Shown here: positions 38,251 to 46,958 of the stretch, in pieces
How positions within the stretch are numbered: the stretch's first letter is position 1
How the letters are laid out: every line of letters begins with the position of its first letter
Source: a virus
DNA: 64,000 nt
Virus record (IMG/VR): IMGVR_UViG_3300043411_000952
Span: 1 to 64,000 of that record
Reading direction: 5' to 3' (one strand)
Notes under the pieces: model-generated
Database searches by the model: none
Seen by the model: only the letters and a program-made list of their open reading frames with translations
What the model was told of the DNA's origin: nothing
Position numbers and translations under genes: made by a program

Positions 38251-40835
38251 CTCCTACGAGAGAGTCCAAGATTAACATGGACGTTCTGAAACGAGGGTAT
38301 TCTCAATTACCTAATGCCTTAAGTGTAATGGGGTTTTCTCAGTTACGCCCAGGGCAAGAGCCGGTAATCGTAAATATTATGGCGCAGAGAGATACTCTAT
38401 GTATTCTCCCGACGTCAACAGGAAAGACTGCCTGCTTTGTAATTCCGACTTTATGTCTTGGTTGGCGGTCTATTATATTTTCGCCTCTGGTCGCGCTTAT
38501 GCGGGATCAAGTCCAAAGCTTAACAGCTAAAGGGATTAAGGCGCAAGCTATATCCTCCATGCAGACAGAAGCGGAGAACCAAGCAGCCATGAAACGCTGG
38601 GCGGAAGGAGAGCTTCAATTTATTTATGTAGCGCCTGAAAGGCTGCACAATGAAACCTTTAAAGAAGCCATGACTCGCGTACCTCCGGACGCGGTGATAA
38701 TGGACGAGTGTTTTACGCCTGATGTAGAAATTTTAACTGAAAATGGTTTTGTTCGTTTCGATTCTTTGGAAGAAGGAGTAGAAGTAGCACAATTTAGCAC
38801 GGTTAACAATAGTATAAGTTTTGCAAAGCCTGTTGAATATATTTGCAGAGAGCATTCAGGTCGTATGATTCGTTTACATTCAGATCGCCTTTGCGATTTG
38901 GATATGACTCCAAATCATGAGCTTGTAGCTAGATACGTAGGCGGATTTAAGAAAGAATCTGTAGATAATATAAGTCTAAATTCTTATAAAAGTTTACCAG
39001 CTTCTGGTATTTCGTCTTTTGAGGGTCTAGATGATCTGACACCTGAAGAGCGATTAATGATCGCTTTTCAGGCTGATGGTAGTTTTCATGCAGAGAAAAA
39101 GTCAGGTTTGCATACTTTATCTTTTTCTTTTAAGAAGAAACGTAAAATCGATAGATTCTTGCAATTAATGCAAGATGGTGCATTTAAATGGTCAGAAGTA
39201 AAAACTAAAAATAACTATAGAAGATTCTTAGTTTTTGATATTGCTAATGCTTCTAAATATCTTAAAGATAATTTTTCCGTAAACAAATTTAGTTATAAAA
39301 AGGCTGTAAGGTTTATAGAAGAAGTAGTTGCGTGGGATGGCTCTAAATTGACATATAATACGCATTATTATTCTTCTAAGGTTAAAGATAATACTGATTT
39401 TGTACAAAGTATTTGTATATTAGCTAATTATAAGTCTAATAATATTGTACAGGAAGATAAAAGGAAAAAGACTTTTTCCACCATGTACAGATTATTTATA
39501 TCTATGTATGTATCTGATATTGGCGCGCAACAATTGAATAAAACTGAATTTAATTATACTGGTAAAGTATATTGTGTGCGCGTACCCACTGGCAATATTA
39601 TTGTGCGGCGTAAAGGCAAGCCTTTGGTTGTAGGTAATTGCCACTGCCTTTCTCAGTGGTCTGATAATTTTAGATCTAGTTATTGCCTTGTGGGTGATTT
39701 CATCCGAGAAAAGAACCCCAAGGTTGTAGCCGCATTTACAGCCACCTGCCCGGATGAAGTCGAGGCTGATATTCGGCGCGTTCTACATTTGGAGAATGCG
39801 CAGAAACTCGCGTACTACGCGCGCAGATCTAACCTTCACCTGAAGAGTGAGAATATGCTGAGCGAGACACAAATTGCGGATTTTGTATCTGGTGTGGACG
39901 GGCCTGTTATTGTTTACTGCGCTACTATAAATAAAGTAGAGCATACAGCTAAGCAATTAATGTCTGCACTACGGGAAGATGTAATTATTTTCCATGGAGA
40001 GCTGGCACCTACGGATAAACGCGTTAATCAAGACATGTTCATGAATGATAAGATTCGTGTTATGGTTGCGACTAATGCTTTTGGTATGGGAGTGGACAAG
40101 GGTAATATACGTGGTGTAGTCCACAGGGATATTCCCGGGTCACTAGAAGCGTTAGCACAAGAAGTTGGACGCGCAGGGCGTGATGAGAAGGATTCTGTTT
40201 GTAAGACTTTCTATTCTCCAGATAGTTACAATACACAGAAATTCTTTATAGAGTGCAGTTATCCTTCCAGGTCTGAGATTAATTCTGTTCTGCGCGTACT
40301 TAACCTCGCGGCTGATAGTAATGGTATATCACAACTCACCATTAGCGATATCGCGAAGAAGACTAATTTATTTAGTCGTAAAGTACCTGCCATTCTAGAA
40401 GTTCTTAAGTCTAATAAAATTGTAGAACGAGAAAAGAACGGCGAGAAAATCGCTAAGATCAGACTAGACGAGAATACACCGGAAGATGACTCTAGATTTG
40501 ATTTATGGTGGAATACTATTCTAGAGTATGGTATGGAAGAAGATGGATTTTTCCATATTGATTTGAATTGGTTCTCAGACCACATAGGGTTAGGTTATCA
40601 AACTGTAACTAACCATTTTAAGAAATGGGACGAGCAATCTGTAATTAGATTTGTTCCTCCGTATCGCGGCTCGGCTACAAAGATTATAGGGTCTATAGAT
40701 CAAATTGACTTTGATCGGCTTTCTATTAAAGCAGCAAGAGCACACGAAAAGCTTGACCAGGTGTTGGGATATATTAAAACACCTGATAATGACAAGCACA
40801 GTTATTTAGAAACATACTTTCAAGTTATTAATTAA
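38235..40835 (+). CDS. recQ: RecQ-like helicase with intein
   Basis: LRPGQ, PTSTGKT, SPLVALMRDQV, APERL, DE|CHCLSQW..FR, TAT, ATNAFGMGVDK, QEVGRAGRD. Confidence 0.93.
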   Translation: MSEVVTPTRESKINMDVLKRGYSQLPNALSVMGFSQLRPGQEPVIVNIMAQRDTLCILPTSTGKTACFVIPTLCLGWRSIIFSPLVALMRDQVQSLTAKGIKAQAISSMQTEAENQAAMKRWAEGELQFIYVAPERLHNETFKEAMTRVPPDAVIMDECFTPDVEILTENGFVRFDSLEEGVEVAQFSTVNNSISFAKPVEYICREHSGRMIRLHSDRLCDLDMTPNHELVARYVGGFKKESVDNISLNSYKSLPASGISSFEGLDDLTPEERLMIAFQADGSFHAEKKSGLHTLSFSFKKKRKIDRFLQLMQDGAFKWSEVKTKNNYRRFLVFDIANASKYLKDNFSVNKFSYKKAVRFIEEVVAWDGSKLTYNTHYYSSKVKDNTDFVQSICILANYKSNNIVQEDKRKKTFSTMYRLFISMYVSDIGAQQLNKTEFNYTGKVYCVRVPTGNIIVRRKGKPLVVGNCHCLSQWSDNFRSSYCLVGDFIREKNPKVVAAFTATCPDEVEADIRRVLHLENAQKLAYYARRSNLHLKSENMLSETQIADFVSGVDGPVIVYCATINKVEHTAKQLMSALREDVIIFHGELAPTDKRVNQDMFMNDKIRVMVATNAFGMGVDKGNIRGVVHRDIPGSLEALAQEVGRAGRDEKDSVCKTFYSPDSYNTQKFFIECSYPSRSEINSVLRVLNLAADSNGISQLTISDIAKKTNLFSRKVPAILEVLKSNKIVEREKNGEKIAKIRLDENTPEDDSRFDLWWNTILEYGMEEDGFFHIDLNWFSDHIGLGYQTVTNHFKKWDEQSVIRFVPPYRGSATKIIGSIDQIDFDRLSIKAARAHEKLDQVLGYIKTPDNDKHSYLETYFQVIN
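38709..39638 (+). mobile_element. RecQ intein (310 aa, LAGLIDADG-type)
   Basis: CFTPDVEILT...MTPNH...FQADG...VAWDG...VYCV.VP...VVGN|C. Confidence 0.92.
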
Positions 40836-40837
40836 AT

Positions 40838-41248
40838 ATGAATCAGGAACTACCTGCAGTAGCACAACAGGCATTTAGGTTATTGAGTAGCCTACCTCCT
40901 CCCACTGAAGTTATAACTTCTATCACGCATTCACCTTGTGTAGCGTGTGGCAGGCAAAAGCATCTGACCGATTTTAAAATTTATGATTCTGGTGTCGTCA
41001 CTAATGTGATGGAGCCGCTTTGTAAGCTTTGCATTGGTACATATAAAGAGTGCTCTAAGATAGTATGTTGTAAGTGCAGGATGGTTATGGGCTGGCTAGA
41101 TCCGCACCATGATAACGATGGTTTTACTTTTGAAAAAAATCATTCTTATCATATTCAAGCTTGCCCTAACTGTACTCCTGGTTTATTGAAAGCTGACTTG
41201 ATAGAAAAAATTATTTACCTTCAAAGAAAACAAAAAGGACTTATATGA
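40838..41248 (+). CDS. Cys-rich zinc-finger protein
   Basis: Four CxxC pairs. Confidence 0.7.
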   Translation: MNQELPAVAQQAFRLLSSLPPPTEVITSITHSPCVACGRQKHLTDFKIYDSGVVTNVMEPLCKLCIGTYKECSKIVCCKCRMVMGWLDPHHDNDGFTFEKNHSYHIQACPNCTPGLLKADLIEKIIYLQRKQKGLI

Positions 41249-41832
41249 GCACACGCGTATCCAGTATACAATCTCCAGGCGCATTGATTAAACCAAAGCG
41301 CGAGAACATTAAGAAAACCGAAGCATTCAGCATGAAGCCGCCTCTTGTAGAGGCCGATCCTGAAGGCGGAGACAATCATAAATATTTATGTAAATTTGTT
41401 TCAAACAACTACCGTGAGGTAAAACAAGTTTGTACTTTTGATGTATGGAAAAGATGTGAAGGCCGACAGACTCCCGGTAGAGTACGGGACGGACTTGATT
41501 CTAGATTGCATAATGACTTTGTAATCATTCAGGACAAGGATGGTAAAGTCATCGACATTGATGTTATTCCTAAAACTTATTATGCCAGTAAGGCAGTACT
41601 TCCTGATCACTTACAAGGTAAGGAAGATATAGTTCTAAAGGTAAATTCCAAGACTGGCGGTGTTGAGGTTACTCAATGTCCTGCTGGTGTTAATAAGGCT
41701 AATATATTGAAATTAATTAACTCCATTGATGCTGTTGATTCTGTTTCTACTGGTGACTCCCTCCCAGGCGGGTTCGAGGTTTTGAACGTGTCTGGTAACC
41801 AGGTTTCTGTTGTTTCTACCGCCCGCAATTAA
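41245..41832 (+). CDS. Hypothetical protein
   Basis: 195-aa ORF, 4-nt overlap with the upstream gene. Confidence 0.7.
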   Translation: MSTRVSSIQSPGALIKPKRENIKKTEAFSMKPPLVEADPEGGDNHKYLCKFVSNNYREVKQVCTFDVWKRCEGRQTPGRVRDGLDSRLHNDFVIIQDKDGKVIDIDVIPKTYYASKAVLPDHLQGKEDIVLKVNSKTGGVEVTQCPAGVNKANILKLINSIDAVDSVSTGDSLPGGFEVLNVSGNQVSVVSTARN

Positions 41833-41852
41833 TTTGTAATACGACGTCATGT

Positions 41853-41872
41853 TGTGTTATAAATAATTGTGG
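41853..41872 (+). promoter_or_regulatory. Recurring promoter-like motif, variant
   Basis: TGTGTTATAAATAATTGTGG. Confidence 0.6.
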
Positions 41873-42028
41873 ACCGCTCACATATTATCACCACTTCCAC
41901 GGGTGCAGTTACTCTTGCAGTAGCTGCACCCGTCTTCATTTCTTTTATCGGCCTAGTTTCTACGCTATGGCCGATAATACCAATTTTAACCGTGGGCTCC
42001 ATCTGGTTCGCGGTTAACAACAAAGGCC

Positions 42029-42946
42029 ATGACAACAACAACAACAACAAGGGCGGGCAATCCCCCGCAGAAAAACAAGGTAGAGGAGACCGTGCTTAGC
42101 CACGCTCCTTTGCAGAGGCAGGGGAAGGCACAGCAGGAATGCTGGGCTAACTTCGGTCTGTCGTTCCAAGCGCAGGGAGGTAAGGCCTTCCTGCAGCCAG
42201 GTCAGTTCTTGCCAGTGTGGAGTCGCACTGGTTCTCAGTGGCGTTGTAAAACGCCGTGCCGTCTGGATGTTGTGTCTGCCTTCGTCATAGAGGGTCGATA
42301 CATGATCCGTGGTGGAGATAGTAAGTTGTCGTCCCACCCTGAAATTCAGGACTGGGGAGATGACACGCCTCCCGTAAGGGGGCAGGCGTCGGAACTTCGC
42401 TTTCCGGGCGGCGTCAGGAGAGTTAATCCCAGTAATCTACCCATGCTTGCGTCAAACGCGGGCAACTACGAAGGCCGCGCCATAACGGCAAAAGCCTTCC
42501 ACGATGGGTTTAACTCCGCAACCCTGTATACGGGCTGCCCGATCGAGCTAGTTTGTCGCTTTGACCAAGTGCCAAACAACCTACCTCTTACTGCGCGCAC
42601 CATCATCGATGTTGTACGCGGCGATACGGCTTGTGGGTGGTCATTACCCATACCCATGGTGCTGTCCAACGAAGAGGAAGTAGTCCTAAAAGACTACCCT
42701 CAAAACTGGACAAAGGCGCTGGAGGTTATGCTGTCTTACTTTGGCGTTGCTGAGGTGGGTATCATGTACACAGCATCGGGCGAGGAATTGGTAGAGGACA
42801 TCAGCCACGACAGACCGAACGAGGTCTATCGTAATGCCCTCATCAAAGGAGACTTGGGGTTCAGCACGCTGGATCCTAGCCTGTATGAGCGGATGCTGCC
42901 GTTCTCTACGGGCAACTTCGACGCTTCACTCATCTCAGGAGTCTAG
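42029..42946 (+). CDS. Hypothetical GC-rich cassette gene
   Basis: 305-aa ORF between the motif and a terminator. Confidence 0.7.
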   Translation: MTTTTTTRAGNPPQKNKVEETVLSHAPLQRQGKAQQECWANFGLSFQAQGGKAFLQPGQFLPVWSRTGSQWRCKTPCRLDVVSAFVIEGRYMIRGGDSKLSSHPEIQDWGDDTPPVRGQASELRFPGGVRRVNPSNLPMLASNAGNYEGRAITAKAFHDGFNSATLYTGCPIELVCRFDQVPNNLPLTARTIIDVVRGDTACGWSLPIPMVLSNEEEVVLKDYPQNWTKALEVMLSYFGVAEVGIMYTASGEELVEDISHDRPNEVYRNALIKGDLGFSTLDPSLYERMLPFSTGNFDASLISGV

Positions 42947-42953
42947 CGTTATT

Positions 42954-42988
42954 AAAGAGCTCGCGGATAACCACCGCGCCTCTTTTTT
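42954..42988 (+). terminator. Intrinsic terminator
   Basis: AAAGAG..CGCGG-loop-CCGCG.CTC plus T6. Confidence 0.7.
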
Positions 42989-43022
42989 ACCTATTAGCCC
43001 TGCAGGCGATAGCTATACTTAT

Positions 43023-43042
43023 TGTGCTATATATAATTGTAA
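43023..43042 (+). promoter_or_regulatory. Recurring promoter-like motif, variant
   Basis: TGTGCTATATATAATTGTA, also at 60094. Confidence 0.7.
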
Positions 43043-43080
43043 CCCCCTATTTACATACAATGTGATTCGGGGATTTTCAC

Positions 43081-43104
43081 AACAACAACAACAACAACAA
43101 CAAC
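43081..43104 (+). repeat. (AAC)8 microsatellite in a 5' leader
   Basis: Directly visible; ends 11 nt before ATG 43116. Confidence 0.9.
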
Positions 43105-43115
43105 ACATTAGTATT

Positions 43116-43328
43116 ATGAAATTCGTAGTAACATTTGTAGTATTGGTCGGCGTCGTCTACGCCATCGCGTACAGGAATGCTCTGGCCGTGGGCATAACCC
43201 ACGAACAAGCCGTGGCCTTCTGGAAGCTTCAGGTCATGTGGGTCATGGGCATCGCCGCCACTTTTATTGTAGGCGCGACAGTCTACGCCAAAATAAAAAG
43301 CAGATCCAGCAGATCAAAGGCAAAGTAA
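43116..43328 (+). CDS. Small two-TM membrane protein
   Basis: 70 aa, two hydrophobic segments and a basic tail. Confidence 0.7.
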   Translation: MKFVVTFVVLVGVVYAIAYRNALAVGITHEQAVAFWKLQVMWVMGIAATFIVGATVYAKIKSRSSRSKAK

Positions 43329-43341
43329 AAGCCTCTACGAG

Positions 43342-43363
43342 GAGACCTTCGGGTCTCTTTTTT
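43342..43363 (+). terminator. Intrinsic terminator
   Basis: GAGACC-TTCG-GGTCTC plus T6. Confidence 0.85.
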
Positions 43364-43415
43364 ACCTATCAGTTTTTGCTTTTTTTTAGATATCAAGTAA
43401 ATTATCTTTCACTAT

Positions 43416-45104
43416 ATGCAGCAAAATATTGAGCCAGAAGAAGAGTTACCAAAAGGAGTTATCCTGCGCGACTTTGACGACTTCACCACACTACGCAATC
43501 AAATTTTTGATGGCGTAAAGAATTCCATGATTAAATCATTTCCTGTTAATTATGGAAGTGTCAGAATGGAATTACACGATGTGGACTATGATGATAGAGA
43601 TGACGTGCCTGTGTCCGAGCAAAAGAAAAACTTACTTGAGAACAAATACATAACTAAAAAATTGAGAGGCACATTAAAGTTATTTGATAATACTAATGAT
43701 CAGATGTTAGAAGAGAAGCGTATTTCATTAATGAAGGTACCGTACCTTACTAATAGAGGTACATTTATTCACGGAGGTAATGAGTACGCATCGATCATGC
43801 AGTCTCGCCTTCTTCCCGGTGTGTATACGCGCAGGCAGGAGAATGGAGAGCTTGAGACGCAGTTCAATGTTAAGCCAGGCACCGGTATAGGTTTTCGTGT
43901 TGGATTTGAACCTGAGACTACTCAGTATAGAGTAAAGATTTCTCAAGCTAATCTGCACTTATACAGTCTATTAAAAGATCTCGGTACAGATGACAAAGAG
44001 TTAGAGAAAGCTTGGGGGCCTGAAATTTTACGTGCGAATCAAATGAAATACGACACACGCGTATTTGATAAAGCTTATGATCGCCTTGTTTCTGCGCGTC
44101 AAAAGAAGGTAGATAAGACGCGCGAAGAAAAAGTTAATTCTTTAAAGAATGCTTTTGAAGCTGCGCAGATTCATGCCCGCGTAGCGCAAAAGAATCTACC
44201 TAATATGTTTGATCCTAAGGTGGCAGCAGAATGGGAAGCTAGATGGTATGGTAAACAAGCGGCGGAAAAAGTTGTTGATGAAATACCTTTTGCGCCTGAC
44301 TTAGAACCTGAACAGGTTTATGAGAATTATTTTGATGAGGATACTGGTGTTAAATCAGCGGCAGACATGCACGCATTAATGCAGGCGAGAAGACATAGCT
44401 CGCAGGCTAAAGAAGAATATAAAAAGAAGACGGCTATTATGGCAGCAGCTTTAGCTAGGTATCCAGATGAGTTCATTGTGGATCAGAACGGGCGTATGTC
44501 CGGTATTACTCATTTACCTACAGGCTTTAGAATTCATGTACCTAGAGAAGTAATTCCTCAAGGTGTTAGAAGAGTTTTCCAGGAGGATGAAGAAGATGAC
44601 GATCCTGAAGTAGGCAAGATAGCTACCGCATTAGCGGAGGCTGGGGCATCTGTGCCTGTTAAGGAGAAATTAAAGGATGCTTATATAATTAAAGGTAATC
44701 CTGAAGTCATGGGTAAAGACATAGGTAAGTATGATGAATTTTACAATGCTGTAGCCAATGTTTTACAGCAGAAAGGACTGTCTGTAGGTTTTGATGCTGG
44801 CTTACCGCACACGTTACCGCCCGGAGGTAAGTATTGGATTGGCCACAGTAGAGGTATAGGGCGTTTGCGGTTCGCGCCAGAAGGAGTTAAAACTTTAAGG
44901 CTAGATGACTTCGAACCAGAGGAGACGCGCCTGGCTAACGAGGCGGCAGCAGCCGCCATAATGAAAGAATTAGGCGTCAGTAGCTTTGCGGATGTACCGG
45001 TAGAAAAGCGTAGAGCCCCTGGTCCTGAACATTATACATTAAATGACGAAGCCATAGCGGCATTACAGGCCTTAGTAGACCAGGAGGATGAAGAAGATGA
45101 ATAA
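43416..45104 (+). CDS. rpoB: RNA polymerase beta subunit N-terminal fragment plus unrelated C-terminal domains
   Basis: KVPYLTNRGTFIHGGNEY.S..QSRL.PGVY aligns by eye with RpoB IPLMT..GTF.ING.ERV.VSQL.RSPGV. Confidence 0.8.
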   Translation: MQQNIEPEEELPKGVILRDFDDFTTLRNQIFDGVKNSMIKSFPVNYGSVRMELHDVDYDDRDDVPVSEQKKNLLENKYITKKLRGTLKLFDNTNDQMLEEKRISLMKVPYLTNRGTFIHGGNEYASIMQSRLLPGVYTRRQENGELETQFNVKPGTGIGFRVGFEPETTQYRVKISQANLHLYSLLKDLGTDDKELEKAWGPEILRANQMKYDTRVFDKAYDRLVSARQKKVDKTREEKVNSLKNAFEAAQIHARVAQKNLPNMFDPKVAAEWEARWYGKQAAEKVVDEIPFAPDLEPEQVYENYFDEDTGVKSAADMHALMQARRHSSQAKEEYKKKTAIMAAALARYPDEFIVDQNGRMSGITHLPTGFRIHVPREVIPQGVRRVFQEDEEDDDPEVGKIATALAEAGASVPVKEKLKDAYIIKGNPEVMGKDIGKYDEFYNAVANVLQQKGLSVGFDAGLPHTLPPGGKYWIGHSRGIGRLRFAPEGVKTLRLDDFEPEETRLANEAAAAAIMKELGVSSFADVPVEKRRAPGPEHYTLNDEAIAALQALVDQEDEEDE

Positions 45105-45828
45105 AAAAAAGTATTATCACGGCTCTCCAAATAAAGGTATAGAAGTTTTAAGAGAGGGATCCTACATTACTCCAGATATGTCCATTGCTAGGTTGATGGG
45201 GCTATACCATATGGACACCGGCAAAACCTGGGATGATTCAGATTTAGAAGAGGCGCACTTTTTAGGTACTGAACCAAAATGGAAGAAAGAACCAAAAGGT
45301 GAACCTGATATTTATGAATTGGAATTAGACGAGGAAGATATAGATACTTTGGATAATCCTTACGAGCACAAATTAAAAAAAGAAAAGCGTGTGACTAAAC
45401 ATAAAAAAGAAGCGTCCACAGCAGATTTCATACCAGACTATAAACCTGAAGATATCCAGGATTCATACAACGCCATATACGGGCACTACGGTCCCAGGCT
45501 AGCATCCATGGATAAATGGCCAGACGAGTGGATTAATAAAGATGTCGACAGTATGGGCTGGCTCCAATGGTACGAGCAGTACAAAGCTGGTCGTAGAACA
45601 GAAGATGACGACAGACAGATTAAAAGATGGAAATCATTTAAAGCCAGGCATGGTTCCCAATTTAAAAAGAATCCAACTCCTCGTCGGGCTTTCGCGTTAC
45701 GTAACTGGGCTATAGACCCTCTTAAGTTGATTGATGACGAGGAAGTACGTGGACAACTAGCTAAAGCTATGGAAACTTATAAGCAGACAGCCTGGGATAA
45801 GTACAATAGTAATAATTATATCACATGA
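45088..45828 (+). CDS. Two-domain protein: YHGS (ART-like?) domain plus GW.QWY..Y..GRR..DD.RQIKRW domain
   Basis: Motifs are visible; the domains are separated by KKEAS. Confidence 0.6.
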   Translation: MKKMNKKKYYHGSPNKGIEVLREGSYITPDMSIARLMGLYHMDTGKTWDDSDLEEAHFLGTEPKWKKEPKGEPDIYELELDEEDIDTLDNPYEHKLKKEKRVTKHKKEASTADFIPDYKPEDIQDSYNAIYGHYGPRLASMDKWPDEWINKDVDSMGWLQWYEQYKAGRRTEDDDRQIKRWKSFKARHGSQFKKNPTPRRAFALRNWAIDPLKLIDDEEVRGQLAKAMETYKQTAWDKYNSNNYIT

Positions 45829-46958
45829 TCACGACAGCATTATCATTAATGGGAGGCCCTCCTGCTATATCTGATGCCGGGATTATGCCACCTTTATTAG
45901 GAGCTGCTGGTTTATTTACTATGGCTCCTGCGCTGACTGCCCAACCGTTACAACATTACGGACAAGGACAGGAGATTAAAAGTTTTGATGCTTTCAAGCG
46001 GCTGATGCGCCCTGGTGATATTTTAATATCTGGAGATAAAAAAATTCTTCCTATACCCACTGGAGTTAATTTGGTCACTGGTAATCCTAACGGTCAACAT
46101 GTTAGCGTTGTACATAACGCGCGAAAAAACTGGGATATAGACTCACACCCTTATTACGGATTTAATAGTACAAGCGGAAATATACATAAGGATCATAATC
46201 TGCAAATATTGAGATTTAATGATGCGGCGACTAAGAATAATGTTCTTAGGGGTATGCGTAGAATGGAGCGCTCGGTAAATATTTTTGAAGAGGAAGTTAA
46301 AAAAATGTTAATAAATAAAGGTTGGCCTAGCGCTGCGGCTACAATTCAGGCCCAGTCCGCAGCGTCCGCTTTATACGACACACCCGCAGGGATAAAGGCG
46401 GGGTTAAAGGATTTGTTCCTTCCTAATCTTTCGTCCGCTGCTTCTATTAAAAATTTAAATAATGAAAATTTCTCTGGGACTAGAAATTTCATGCAGAACG
46501 CAAAATCGTATGCTCATGCTATGGCTGATCTAATCGATACAGACCCGTCAGGTAATAAATTAAGCATAGCGGATTTTAGAAAGGTTTTACCTAAATATTC
46601 TGGCGGTGTTTGTTCCTCTATGCCCGCTATTTTAGGTAAGGCCGACATAACACCAGGCACGGCTGCCCGAGATATACTTACGTCTGATTATTTAAAATCG
46701 GATGCCTTGACACCTATAGCTAGATATATGGGGGGTAAGCCGGAAGGTTTTTTAAATAATGCGTATTTCGCTATGATGGCCAGAGCGCCTAAAACTCTCC
46801 GCGCTTTGCCTGGACTAGGTTTACTAGGAACTGGTTTAGGCTTAGCATTTGCCAACCGAAACCGTAGACTAGAAACCGATATCTTAAATAATAATAATCT
46901 CAAGAACACGGCTGCGCTTACCGCTCTTCTAGATAACATTAGGAATGCTAAATCTTAA
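45825..46958 (+). CDS. Permuted papain-like (NlpC/P60 YiiX/YaeF-type) protein
   Basis: RPGDIL, HVSV (His) before VCSS (Cys); hydrophobic Gly-rich segments at both ends. Confidence 0.6.
   Translation: MITTALSLMGGPPAISDAGIMPPLLGAAGLFTMAPALTAQPLQHYGQGQEIKSFDAFKRLMRPGDILISGDKKILPIPTGVNLVTGNPNGQHVSVVHNARKNWDIDSHPYYGFNSTSGNIHKDHNLQILRFNDAATKNNVLRGMRRMERSVNIFEEEVKKMLINKGWPSAAATIQAQSAASALYDTPAGIKAGLKDLFLPNLSSAASIKNLNNENFSGTRNFMQNAKSYAHAMADLIDTDPSGNKLSIADFRKVLPKYSGGVCSSMPAILGKADITPGTAARDILTSDYLKSDALTPIARYMGGKPEGFLNNAYFAMMARAPKTLRALPGLGLLGTGLGLAFANRNRRLETDILNNNNLKNTAALTALLDNIRNAKS

Noticed and set aside
41869-42099. 76-aa membrane-like ORF
   Set aside because: The GTG start overlaps the promoter motif and the region is better explained by hairpins; not fully excluded.
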